A DNA stretch of 64,000 nucleotides from Trueperaceae bacterium (GTDB lineage: Bacteria; Deinococcota; Deinococci; Deinococcales; Trueperaceae), in assembly GCA_965214405.1 (NCBI GenBank), contig OZ243956.1:1120001-1184000 (forward strand), written 5' to 3'. Positions 21,791 through 30,767 of the stretch are shown here, piece by piece; the stretch's first letter is position 1; each line of letters starts with the position of its first letter. The notes under the pieces were generated by a model. It ran no database searches, was not told where the DNA came from, and saw only the letters and a list, made by a program, of their open reading frames with translations. The translations under genes and the position numbers were made by a program.

Positions 21791-22675
21791 ATGGCGCACC
21801 CTTCACCCGCTCGCCCCCTGATTCTCGTGACCGGGGCGTCCGGCAATGTGGGGCGCGAAGTGCTTAAAAGTCTCGAGCCCTCCACGAAAGAGGGACGCGT
21901 GCGGGTTCGCGTCGGCACCCGGTCCGACCACGGGTTAGACGAGGGAGAGAATGTTGAGCGCGTCCATTTCGACTTTTCCGACCGCGCAACCTACGCTGCG
22001 GCGGTGGCGGGTTGTCAGGCGCTGTTCTTGCTGCGCCCGCCAGCGGTCGCCAACACCAAGGAGACGCTCAACCCGCTTATCGACGCGGCGCGCGCGGCGG
22101 GGGTCACGCAGATTGTCTTTTTATCCGTGGCCGGGGCCGACAAAAACCGGGTCGTGCCGCATCACGCGGTGGAGACACATTTGCAGGCTGGCCCGCGCGA
22201 CTGGACGATTCTGCGCCCCGGCTTTTTCGCGCAAAACATCGGGACGGCCTACCGCGAAGACATTATGAAAGAAAACCGCCTCTACCTTCCCGCGGGCGGG
22301 GCCAGAGTCGCCTTTGTCGACCTCCGCGATGTGGGCGAGGTCGCGGCGGACGCGCTCATCGCGGGGGAGCGGCACCGCGGGAAGGGTTACACGCTCACCG
22401 GACCGGAAGCGTTTTCTTTTGAGGAGGTAGCGGATTTTCTAACGGTGGCGACGGGGCGACCCATCCATTACGAACCGGCAAGCGCCCTCGGCTACGCGCG
22501 CCATCTTCGGCGCCAGGGTATGAAGCTGGACCAGGTCGCGGTGCAAACCGTTATCCACGTGAGCCTGCGCTTCGGAAACGCGCGAACCGTCGACCCCACC
22601 CTGAGAGAACTTTTGAACCGCCCGCCACTAAACGTGCGAGACTATATTGATGACCATGCAGAGCTGTGGAAATAG
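21791..22675 (+). CDS. NmrA-like NAD(P)-binding oxidoreductase
   Basis: ILVTGASGNVG, WTILRPGFFAQN, FVDLRDVG. Confidence 0.9.
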   Translation: MAHPSPARPLILVTGASGNVGREVLKSLEPSTKEGRVRVRVGTRSDHGLDEGENVERVHFDFSDRATYAAAVAGCQALFLLRPPAVANTKETLNPLIDAARAAGVTQIVFLSVAGADKNRVVPHHAVETHLQAGPRDWTILRPGFFAQNIGTAYREDIMKENRLYLPAGGARVAFVDLRDVGEVAADALIAGERHRGKGYTLTGPEAFSFEEVADFLTVATGRPIHYEPASALGYARHLRRQGMKLDQVAVQTVIHVSLRFGNARTVDPTLRELLNRPPLNVRDYIDDHAELWK

Positions 22676-22785
22676 TATGAATTAGCCTTAGCGTTCACAC
22701 AATTAAGTTTGGTGCAGGTTACAGAGTCGAAGTTGAGATTGATGAAAAGGCGTAACGCTTCTTCCATTTTACAAAAGGCTGACTG

Positions 22786-24192
22786 TCAGTGCTGCTTCGA
22801 CGCCTCTTTCACCGCGTGCGTTGAGAATCCGAACTGCGGCGCGTGGCTCTCCCCCACCCCGGTTAGGACGGCGTCAAAAAGTTCGGCGAGGTTCGTGCCA
22901 CCCACCTCGACCTTCATCCGCAGCTCGAGCCTCAAATCGTCCAGCGTGCGCTCATCCAGCATCATTTCGGTGCCGTACTTTAAGACGTTGGGCGACACGA
23001 GCAGCAGGTCGGCCTCGCCGGGCTCGATTTGGGTCAAAAAGTCGCGTCCGGCGAGGAGACCCGCGACGGTCGTGACTTCGCCAAAGGTGCGGTTTTTGAG
23101 GGCGCGAACCTCCAACGTAAGCCCCTCCACCTTCCGCAACGGCTCAACGGCGCGCTCGAGCACCGGCGCGAAAAGTTGACCCGTCGCCAGAATGACTTTT
23201 TTGGGCACGTCCAAACGTAGCGGAGGTGCGGGAAGCGGCCCGTCGATAAAGTCACGAATCATGCCGACGCCGTTCTCGAGCATCGGGAAGCCCTCGTAGG
23301 CGTCTACTTGAGGCAGGGGTTCGTCTGCGAGCAAATAAAATTCGTCGCTCGGGAAGATAAAGCGGGTGCCGCGTTCTTCTACCATCCTCTTTTGAAACTT
23401 ATGAACGCGCCTCAGCACGTCCTTGGCTTCATCTTTTGTGTAGGTCCGCAAGTCGGGGAGGTGGCGGCGGTGCTCGGTTAAGCCCACCGGCACGCAGGCC
23501 GCCGCGATGATGTTGTCGTGCGAGGCCAAAAAGTCTAGTGTTTCGTCCAAGTGCTCGCCGTCGTTGCGGCCCGGCAATAAAACCATTTGGGTATAAAGGT
23601 CGATGGGCTCGAGCCTTTTTAACATCCCCCGAATTTTGGTCGCCGCCTCGTCTTTCACTTTAAGCCGCCACCACTTCATCATGTCCTTGCGCAGGTCCTC
23701 GTTGGTGGTGTGGACCGAGACATAGAGCGGGCTCAAATTCTCGTCCAAAATGCGCCCGATATCCTCTTCAGACAAGTTGGTGAGCGTCACGAACGAGCCA
23801 TACAAGAACGAGGTCCGAAAATCATCGTCCATGATGTATAAAGACTTGCGAAAGCCCTTAGGCATCTGGTGGACGTAACAAAATTCGCACTTATTGGCGC
23901 AGAGTTTGAGGCCGTCGAAAATGACCTCGGCGAACTCGAGCCCAGGGTCCTCCCACTCGACGGTGAAACTCACGTCGTCACCAAGAAGCGGGTCGCGCGC
24001 GTTCAGGGTCGCCACGCCCCGCTCTAACTCCCGACGGTAGGCCAGCACGTCGGGAATCCACTCGCCGTTGACGCTGAGGAGTTCCCAACCCGCCTTGACC
24101 CCGGCCTTTTCGGCGGGCGAATCGGGGCGCACGGCGGAGATGGCGGCGGTATAGGGAGGCGTGGGTTTGGAGAGGGTGACCGGCATAAACAT
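22786..24192 (-). CDS. DUF512-family radical SAM protein with N-terminal PDZ-like domain
   Basis: CANKCEFC (CxxxCxxC), DDDFRTSFLYG, PVGLT, LENGVG, VAGLL. Confidence 0.92.
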   Translation of the reverse strand: MFMPVTLSKPTPPYTAAISAVRPDSPAEKAGVKAGWELLSVNGEWIPDVLAYRRELERGVATLNARDPLLGDDVSFTVEWEDPGLEFAEVIFDGLKLCANKCEFCYVHQMPKGFRKSLYIMDDDFRTSFLYGSFVTLTNLSEEDIGRILDENLSPLYVSVHTTNEDLRKDMMKWWRLKVKDEAATKIRGMLKRLEPIDLYTQMVLLPGRNDGEHLDETLDFLASHDNIIAAACVPVGLTEHRRHLPDLRTYTKDEAKDVLRRVHKFQKRMVEERGTRFIFPSDEFYLLADEPLPQVDAYEGFPMLENGVGMIRDFIDGPLPAPPLRLDVPKKVILATGQLFAPVLERAVEPLRKVEGLTLEVRALKNRTFGEVTTVAGLLAGRDFLTQIEPGEADLLLVSPNVLKYGTEMMLDERTLDDLRLELRMKVEVGGTNLAELFDAVLTGVGESHAPQFGFSTHAVKEASKQH

Positions 24193-24270
24193 CAGAGTCT
24201 AGCAGAGGACGCGGGCGCGTGTCCTGCTCTCGTGAACAAGGCCAAAGGTCGTTAGCAGCGGTTCCATTAA

Positions 24271-24301
24271 TTTGTACGTCAATGTACAAACAGTGTACGA
24301 T
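24271..24301 (+). promoter_or_regulatory. Antitoxin autoregulatory operator/promoter
   Basis: TTTGTAC-N6-GTACAAA inverted repeat plus a third TGTAC overlapping -10 TACGAT, 6 nt before ATG. Confidence 0.65.
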
Positions 24302-24307
24302 AAAGGC

Positions 24308-24610
24308 ATGACAATCGTCAGCGTGAGCGAACTGCGGGCCAATTTGAGAAGGGTGCTCGAGCGCGTCAAGAGGGGCGAAGAGGTCCGACTTACCCAGAAC
24401 GGTGAGGTGGTGGCCGCCGTGCTCCACCCGGACAAGCTCAAGTGGCGCGCCAAAACAGCCAATACCCTGGCCGCTGAACGGCTTTTGGAAGAGCTTGACA
24501 CGCCTTTGGAACCTCTGGAACCTCTGCCCGAGCCCAGCCTCAGCCAGGCCGAGGGAGACGCGCTCGTGGCGGAGGTGCGTGGAGCCCCCTATGCACACCC
24601 TTTTTATTGA
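24308..24610 (+). CDS. Phd/YefM family antitoxin
   Basis: MTIVSVSELRANLRRVLERVKRGEEVRLTQNGEVVA. Confidence 0.88.
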   Translation: MTIVSVSELRANLRRVLERVKRGEEVRLTQNGEVVAAVLHPDKLKWRAKTANTLAAERLLEELDTPLEPLEPLPEPSLSQAEGDALVAEVRGAPYAHPFY

Positions 24611-24821
24611 GCTGAACGCGCCCACGGCCAAGGCAGATTTGGAAGCTTTACGCGCCACCCTCCAGGAACGCGAGGAGGTCGTGCGCCTCACGCTGTTAGA
24701 GTCGCTCGAGCAGCCCGGACTCTACCTGCTCGTCTGCGAGTGCGAACGCGCGCCGGAAGGCGCGTGGCCGGAGGGCGCGCGGGTATGGCGCTTTCAAAAG
24801 GTGGACCTAGGGTCTGTCTGA
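24591..24821 (+). CDS. Small hypothetical protein; 3' end altered by IS insertion
   Basis: GGAG RBS, ATG at 24591; LLESLEQPGLYLLV...PEGARVWRF; its stop codon lies inside the IS left IR. Confidence 0.7.
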   Translation: MHTLFIELNAPTAKADLEALRATLQEREEVVRLTLLESLEQPGLYLLVCECERAPEGAWPEGARVWRFQKVDLGSV

Positions 24822-25728
24822 CAGAAGGGATGAAGATGGTTTAGGGTAGGCGTATGGCACGAACAGACCTAAAAGAGCAGCAGTGGCAAGCACTAAAACC
24901 GCATCTACCCCCCAATCCCCAACGGGGTCACAACTACCGCAACCACCGACAGGTCATCAACGGCATTTCGTGGCGCTTGAAAACAGGCGCTCCCTGGCGC
25001 GACGTTCCTGAACGCTACGGACCTTGGCAGACCTGCTGGGACCGCTTCACGAGGTGGGAGCGCAACGGTGTCTGGAAGCGCATCCTGCACAGGCTTCAAG
25101 CTCACGCCGATGCGGCGGGTGAGATTGATTGGGACGGCGCAGCGTTAGACAGCTCTCATATTAAAGCGCACCGCAGCGCCAGCGGGGCGAGGAAGCGGCC
25201 TGCTGAGGGTGAAAAAAGGGGACCTTAGCAGACGAGTGGCTGGGACACTCACGCGGAGGCCACACCAGCAAGGTGCATACCTGCGCGGACGGCAAAGTGC
25301 GACCCCTGTCCGTGGTCATCACGGCGGGACAGCGCAACGACGCCGCTTGGCTAGAGCCGGTCTTGGACGAGATTTATGTGCCCCGCCTTGGCAGAGGGCG
25401 ACCGCGTAAGCGCCCCCCTCAGCTTAGACTCGACCGCGCTTATGGTTTCAACAAGCAGCGGAAGATACTAAGGCGCAGGGGCATCATCTGTATCAGCCCC
25501 GAGCGCGAAGATGCCAAGAAGTCTCGCTTGTCTAAGGGCACAAAAGGTGGACGACCTCCTGCTTTCGATAAGCAAGCCTACAAAGGACGTAACGTGGTCG
25601 AACGCTGCATCAACCGACTTAAAGACTTTCGCGCCGTTGCCACCCGCTACGACAAACGCGGCAGAAACTACCGTGCTGGTGTGCTCCTCGCCTCCATCAT
25701 CCTCTGGCTTTGATTAGTCAGACAGACC
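24811..25728 (+). mobile_element. IS5-family (IS427-like) insertion sequence, 918 bp
   Basis: Terminal IRs GGTCTGTCTGAC / GTCAGACAGACC; CTAG on both flanks (24807-24810, 25729-25732); split transposase. Confidence 0.95.
24854..25713 (+). CDS. IS5 transposase, orfA+orfB joined by a -1 shift
   Basis: orfA 24854-25228 ([22 protein letters not shown]); AAAAAAGGGG at 25212-25221; -1 frame gives [13 protein letters not shown]...DRAY...[26 protein letters not shown]. Confidence 0.92.
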
Positions 25729-25787
25729 CTAGAAAACCCTGTCCAGGCCCGCTTGTCGCTTTTGAGGCCGACCCGTAAAGTAGAAAG

Positions 25788-26723
25788 ATGCCTGACACCG
25801 ACGAAACCTTTGAAGAAACTCACGCGGACGAAACTCGTGCGGATGACGCCACCCTAGACGAAGCTTACGCCGTCAGCGCCGAGGGTGCCGAGCTTTACGC
25901 CGAGGTGGTGGGGCCGAAGGACGCGCCCGTTATTTTTTACCTGCACGGCGGCCCCGGTTACAACAGCCACTCGTTTCGTGACCTCGTCGGGGATGAACTT
26001 TCGCGCTACCTGGTCATCTACGCCGACCAACGCGGCGGCGGGCGCTCCCCGGCGGACGGCGGCGTGAATCTGGCGCTTTTGGCCGAGGATGTGGTGACGC
26101 TCTTAGACGCGCTCAGCATCTCCCAAACAACTCTGCTGGCGCACGGCTTCGGCGCGCTCGTCGCGGCGGAGGTGGCGGCGAGGGCACCGGAGCGCGTATC
26201 CAAGCTTCTCCTGGTCAATCCGTGGGTGGACATGGCGCTCCTCGCGCGGACGCTCCAGCGGAGCGCCGCCTTTATGAGCGGCAACACCGACTTGGCCCTG
26301 CCCCCCGAGGGCGCTCTCACCGAGAACGGGGGGGCGGGCGAGGGGGCGGACCCGGAGGCGCTGCTCGAGCAAGCCTTCTCTTGGACCTCCTCCAAAGGGC
26401 TCTTCGACGCGCTCGAGTTCCCCAAGCCGTCGTCGCGGCTGCGGCTCGAGCATAGCGACGCGGACGCGCTCTTCGGCCTCCCGGCGGGCGAGCTGCCGAC
26501 CGACGTGTGGTCTTTGGAGGTGCGCGACCTCTTGCCCACGCTCTCCCTACCCACCGTCGTGCTGGCGGGCCGGGAGGACCAGACGAGCGTCCCCGACCAG
26601 GTCGAGGTGGTGTTAGAAAGGATGCCCCACGCGCTCACGAGTCTCTTGGACGCCGGGCACTACCCCTGGCTGGACGACCCGGACACCTTTTTGGCGCTCC
26701 TGCACGAGACGATGGCGCTTTGA
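25788..26723 (+). CDS. Alpha/beta hydrolase fold, proline iminopeptidase-related, lacking nucleophile Ser
   Basis: LHGGPG, DQRGGGRS, AHGFG in place of GxSxG, AGHYPW. Confidence 0.88.
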   Translation: MPDTDETFEETHADETRADDATLDEAYAVSAEGAELYAEVVGPKDAPVIFYLHGGPGYNSHSFRDLVGDELSRYLVIYADQRGGGRSPADGGVNLALLAEDVVTLLDALSISQTTLLAHGFGALVAAEVAARAPERVSKLLLVNPWVDMALLARTLQRSAAFMSGNTDLALPPEGALTENGGAGEGADPEALLEQAFSWTSSKGLFDALEFPKPSSRLRLEHSDADALFGLPAGELPTDVWSLEVRDLLPTLSLPTVVLAGREDQTSVPDQVEVVLERMPHALTSLLDAGHYPWLDDPDTFLALLHETMAL

Positions 26724-27451
26724 GGGCGCTCGCGCCTCCCGTAGGACGCTGGGCGCTCTCGATGACGTGGCGCGACCTTCTTTTTATGCACTGGCCCGTC
26801 CCCGCAGAAAGCTTGCGCCCGCTCGTCCCGCCCGCGTTGCAGCTCGACACCTTTGGGAGCAGCGCCTGGCTCGGCGTGGTGCCCTTTCGGATGGCGGGGG
26901 TGCGGCCCCGCCACTTGCCCGCCGTGCGGGGGGTCTCGAGCTTTCCCGAGCTCAACTTACGCACCTACGTGACGCCTAAAAGCGGGGGAGAACCGGGCGT
27001 CTGGTTTTTTAGCCTCGACGCTCACAACCCGCTAGCGGTGAGGCTGGCCCGGACGTTTTTTCATCTCCCCTATTTCGACGCGCGGATGCGCTGCGCTGGA
27101 GAGCGGCAAGAAGACATTTTGTACGAAAGCGTGAGGACGCATCGGGGCGCACCGGGCGCGCATTTTTTAGGGCGTTACAGACCGGCGAGCGCACCCTTCA
27201 AAGCGACGCCGGGAACTCTGGAGCATTTTCTCACCGCGCGCTACTGCCTCTACAGCGCCGACAAACGGGGCCGCGTCTACCGCGGCAACATTTACCACGC
27301 GCCCTGGCCCCTGCAACGCGCCGAGGCGGAAGTGGAGGTCAACACGCTTGCAGAGACCATCGGGGTTTCTTTGCCCGATACCGAGCCCCATCTGCTCTTT
27401 TCGCGCCTCCTCGAGGTCGTCGCCTGGCTACCACGCCGCTCAATGGTTTGA
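26720..27451 (+). CDS. YqjF / DUF2071 family protein
   Basis: WRDLLFMHW, FPELNLRTYV, GVWFFSLDA, LPYF; start TTG 26720 or ATG 26762. Confidence 0.9.
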   Translation: MRALAPPVGRWALSMTWRDLLFMHWPVPAESLRPLVPPALQLDTFGSSAWLGVVPFRMAGVRPRHLPAVRGVSSFPELNLRTYVTPKSGGEPGVWFFSLDAHNPLAVRLARTFFHLPYFDARMRCAGERQEDILYESVRTHRGAPGAHFLGRYRPASAPFKATPGTLEHFLTARYCLYSADKRGRVYRGNIYHAPWPLQRAEAEVEVNTLAETIGVSLPDTEPHLLFSRLLEVVAWLPRRSMV

Positions 27452-27573
27452 CGCGTTCCGTAAAGTTTAGGCCCCAGCGTCTACAACCTGTTGCTCCTCA
27501 AAACCGGATGCTACTTGTACGGTATATATAAATCGAGGACGAACGCAGGCCGAAAAGAACAAGGGAGGCAAAA

Positions 27574-29487
27574 GTGATTTTTTTACTCGTTGTGCTGTTC
27601 TTAAATTTTGCGGTAGCTCAGGAGAACGCCCAAACCGACGCGCAAACTGCAGCCCAGGCGACCGCCATGACCGACGCGGCGCTGGCGCTCGTGCAGCTAA
27701 GCTCCTTTGTGGACGCCAACGTCACCTTCTGCGCCCAGCACGCGCCGCAGGCGGGTGTGAGCGAGGCGGCGGCGAGCTGGTACAGCTCGAGCGGCTTAAC
27801 GGTTTTAGATGAAATTCAGCGCGCCTCGCCGGACGCCGCGGCGCTGTTTGTAGAGATGGAAAATACGCTCACGCAGGCGGTGTTGGGAGATTTGCAAGCC
27901 AAGGCGACCGGGCGCGAGGCCGAGTGGTGCGAGAGCGTCCCGGCCCTCCTGCAGAGCCCCGAGTGGGACGTGGGGGCAACCTACGCGGGCGAACTCGGTT
28001 TACTGCGCGACCTCTTTATGGTCGTCACGGGCGACGCGCCGCCGTCCCCGCTCCCCCAAGCGCAGGCCCTAGCGCCCGTAGCGAGCCCGAGCTATCAAGA
28101 AGTTATCGCCTCCGGCATCAACCCCGAAAACCAGTTTATCCGGGACGAGTTTCGCTGCTATGACGAGAGCGGCGCGGACTATAGCCGCCCGCACCTGCTC
28201 GTACAGATTACCGGGCCGGGGCAGTACCTCAGTTCGTACGGCGGCGGGACGTTCTCTCTGGAGGATGACGACTACTCACCCGATATCGAATGGCTGAGCG
28301 GCCCCCTAACGGGCGCAAACAGTTCGCTCTATTTTGACGACGTCGGACAGCATTTTTACCTGAGCAACGTCGAGCTGGGTAACGACGACTATGACTACGA
28401 GTGCTATCAGCAAGGCCCGAGCGAGCGGCGCGCGCTGGTCGAGTTTCGCCTCAAAGAGCCGCAGCCGGGCGTTTACGAGTGCCGCGACGCCGCGACGGGC
28501 GAGGTGCAGGCGTTAGAGCTCTCTGCGGGAAGCTACCGCATCGGGGGCGCGAGCGGGACCTACGGAGTGACCGAGGTGCTGAGCGACGATGACACCTCGC
28601 GTATCGAGTGGCTTACCGGACCCTTTGCCGATGAAGTTTCGCACTATTCCGAAGAGGCGGGCAACGGCTTTCGTGATTTTAGCATCAGCTTGTCGAACGG
28701 CGAGGCGTATCCGGGCTTTGTCTACAGCTCGAGCGAACTCGCGCTGACCTGCGAAGGCGTCGGCGAGCCCGTCAACGTTGAACCCTACGGCGAGGAGGCC
28801 GCGCCCCCGCCGCCAGGGACGGAGATCGGCCTCGAGGGTTTTTACTACCTCATGGAGTACAAACTTAGGGGCGACGTGGGCGGCATGGCACCCACCTTCT
28901 ACCGCTTTTTCCCGGACGGCTACGTGTTTATAGGCACGCCCGAGGGCGACCCGAACGAGATCGATTGCGGCCGCACCAAGCCCAACGGCGCGCCCCTCTG
29001 CGCGACCTACCGCGCAAGAGGCAACTTTATTACCGTCGCTGACGAGGGCGAGGTGGACACGCTCCCTTTCGCACTAGACGGCACCGTCCCCGCTATCGAC
29101 GGCGTGACGATGAGCCCGGTTTTGCCGAGCCCGGTGAATAGCCTGAGCGGCGTTTACTGGTACAACTACTTTTCGAGTTCGGGCTTCTGCGGCGCGTTCT
29201 CGACCTGCTCGAGCACCTACTACGAGTCCAACCTCGATTTGCGCCCCGACAACACCTTCACCCACTTTACGGACTCGCAGAATCTCCACTCGTCCGACAC
29301 CGCGCTCGGGAGCACCTCGGTTTCCGCCTACGGCAACGACGCCGACTCGGGCACCTACACGGTCCAGGGCAACGTCATTGAGTTTCGTTACAACAACGGC
29401 CGGGTCGACAAGAACTTTTTTTACCTTATCGACCCCGAATATTTTATGATTGGCGAGCAGGAGTACACGCTCAAGGACAGCGAGTGA
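27574..29487 (+). CDS. Secreted acidic, Cys-containing multidomain hypothetical protein
   Basis: GGGAGG RBS, GTG start, signal peptide; internal repeat IEWL(S/T)GP; C-terminal GTYTVQGNVIEFRY. Confidence 0.85.
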   Translation: MIFLLVVLFLNFAVAQENAQTDAQTAAQATAMTDAALALVQLSSFVDANVTFCAQHAPQAGVSEAAASWYSSSGLTVLDEIQRASPDAAALFVEMENTLTQAVLGDLQAKATGREAEWCESVPALLQSPEWDVGATYAGELGLLRDLFMVVTGDAPPSPLPQAQALAPVASPSYQEVIASGINPENQFIRDEFRCYDESGADYSRPHLLVQITGPGQYLSSYGGGTFSLEDDDYSPDIEWLSGPLTGANSSLYFDDVGQHFYLSNVELGNDDYDYECYQQGPSERRALVEFRLKEPQPGVYECRDAATGEVQALELSAGSYRIGGASGTYGVTEVLSDDDTSRIEWLTGPFADEVSHYSEEAGNGFRDFSISLSNGEAYPGFVYSSSELALTCEGVGEPVNVEPYGEEAAPPPPGTEIGLEGFYYLMEYKLRGDVGGMAPTFYRFFPDGYVFIGTPEGDPNEIDCGRTKPNGAPLCATYRARGNFITVADEGEVDTLPFALDGTVPAIDGVTMSPVLPSPVNSLSGVYWYNYFSSSGFCGAFSTCSSTYYESNLDLRPDNTFTHFTDSQNLHSSDTALGSTSVSAYGNDADSGTYTVQGNVIEFRYNNGRVDKNFFYLIDPEYFMIGEQEYTLKDSE

Positions 29488-29584
29488 CGCGCGCCTGCCT
29501 ACTTGCGTTTGACGCTGTGCTCATCATCGAGTTTCCACGGCGGCGGACGGTGCGGGCACCCGCAAGGCAAAAAGGGAGAACGAT

Positions 29585-30211
29585 ATAAAACTTAAAGAGC
29601 TCGCAGCAACGCTTTTGGCGCTGGCTCTCTTCAGCGGTGCGCTGGCCCAAAGCGAACCGCCGCCCGCCGATCAGACGGACCGAGAGACCTTTGAAGATGT
29701 CATAGAGCACCACGGCGTTCGCGGCGCACCGGGCGAGGCCGACGTGGACGAGGGACGGTTTGGTGTCATGCTTATGCGCTACGCCCGGCTTCTTTTCGAG
29801 GCGGGCAGCAAGGACGAGGCGGTGTTCTGGCACTATGCCGGACAGTTGCGCTACCGCCTCTACGCGGCCCAGGCCCCCAAACGCGGCGGCGAGTTCTTCG
29901 GCGACTTTCCAAGGCTTTGGGAAGAATTCGAGGACTTGATGGCGCGCGGCGAAGCCATCAACGTCTACGCCTACTGCGACGTGTCCAAGTACGCCGCCAC
30001 GATAGACGAGGTGCTCTCTTGGCACGAGACCACCCCCTACGTCGGCGCGGCGCCGACCGACGACACGGTCACCCCGGCTGAATTTGCGGAGGCCGAAGCG
30101 CAGGTGGTCGCGGGGCTGCGCGGTCTGCGCGAGTACGCGCTCGAGAACGCCGACACCATCAAAACAGAGCGCGCGGCGAACGGGATTGACGACAGCGTGG
30201 TGTGCAAGTAA
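29585..30211 (+). CDS. Secreted hypothetical protein (apparent ATA start)
   Basis: GGGAG RBS before in-frame ATA-AAA-CTT-AAA gives a complete signal peptide; KDEAVFWHYAGQLRYR helical body. Confidence 0.72.
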   Translation: MKLKELAATLLALALFSGALAQSEPPPADQTDRETFEDVIEHHGVRGAPGEADVDEGRFGVMLMRYARLLFEAGSKDEAVFWHYAGQLRYRLYAAQAPKRGGEFFGDFPRLWEEFEDLMARGEAINVYAYCDVSKYAATIDEVLSWHETTPYVGAAPTDDTVTPAEFAEAEAQVVAGLRGLREYALENADTIKTERAANGIDDSVVCK

Positions 30212-30243
30212 CAGGTGTGCAAGTAACAGGTGTGCAAATAACT
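30199..30243. repeat. 15-bp tandem repeat x3 duplicating the gene's stop region
   Basis: GGTGTGCAAGTAACA GGTGTGCAAGTAACA GGTGTGCAAATAACT. Confidence 0.9.
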
Positions 30244-30299
30244 TCAAGCTCTCAGCCGTCCTCTTTCACGGCTAACCGCGTTGCTCAAAGCTTTAAGCT

Positions 30300-30767
30300 T
30301 CAACCACAGCTTACACGACTCTCCGCCTGATAGGCTTGGTAAGCTCTAAACGCCTCCAGCACAAACCGACATAGGGGCGAGAGCGACAGCGTCTTTAACG
30401 CCGTCAAAGGCTCAAAAAAGCCAAAGTCTTGCCCCTCGCTGAGCTCGAGCGTTTCCAACGGCTCATCAATCGGCACCAGGTAAATGTAAAAGGTCGTGCC
30501 CGGTTGCCGCGCGATGGTCCACAGGTCAAACGTCACAGGAATGAAGCCGATTTCCTCCTCTAACTCACGGACGAGCGCCTCAGAAACTCCCTCACCCGCT
30601 TCCTTGTGACCGCCGAAGAGCGACCACACGTTGGGATGCACGATGTCCGGTTTGTCGTCGCGGTGCTGCAAGAGCACCTCGCCCTGCGGGTTGTAGAGGA
30701 GCGCCGAGGCGATGAGCACGGTTTCTTCAAACGTTTCTTTCGCAGGTACATCTGTAAGTCGGGTCAT
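30300..30767 (-). CDS. NUDIX hydrolase
   Basis: LLQHRDD, GGHKEAGE...ALVRELEEEIG Nudix box. Confidence 0.92.
   Translation of the reverse strand: MTRLTDVPAKETFEETVLIASALLYNPQGEVLLQHRDDKPDIVHPNVWSLFGGHKEAGEGVSEALVRELEEEIGFIPVTFDLWTIARQPGTTFYIYLVPIDEPLETLELSEGQDFGFFEPLTALKTLSLSPLCRFVLEAFRAYQAYQAESRVSCG

Noticed and set aside
30199..30243. Direct repeats as a possible CRISPR array (also 1563-1614 and 62119-62177)
   Set aside because: Units are 10-15 bp, contiguous, without unique spacers, and there are no cas genes.
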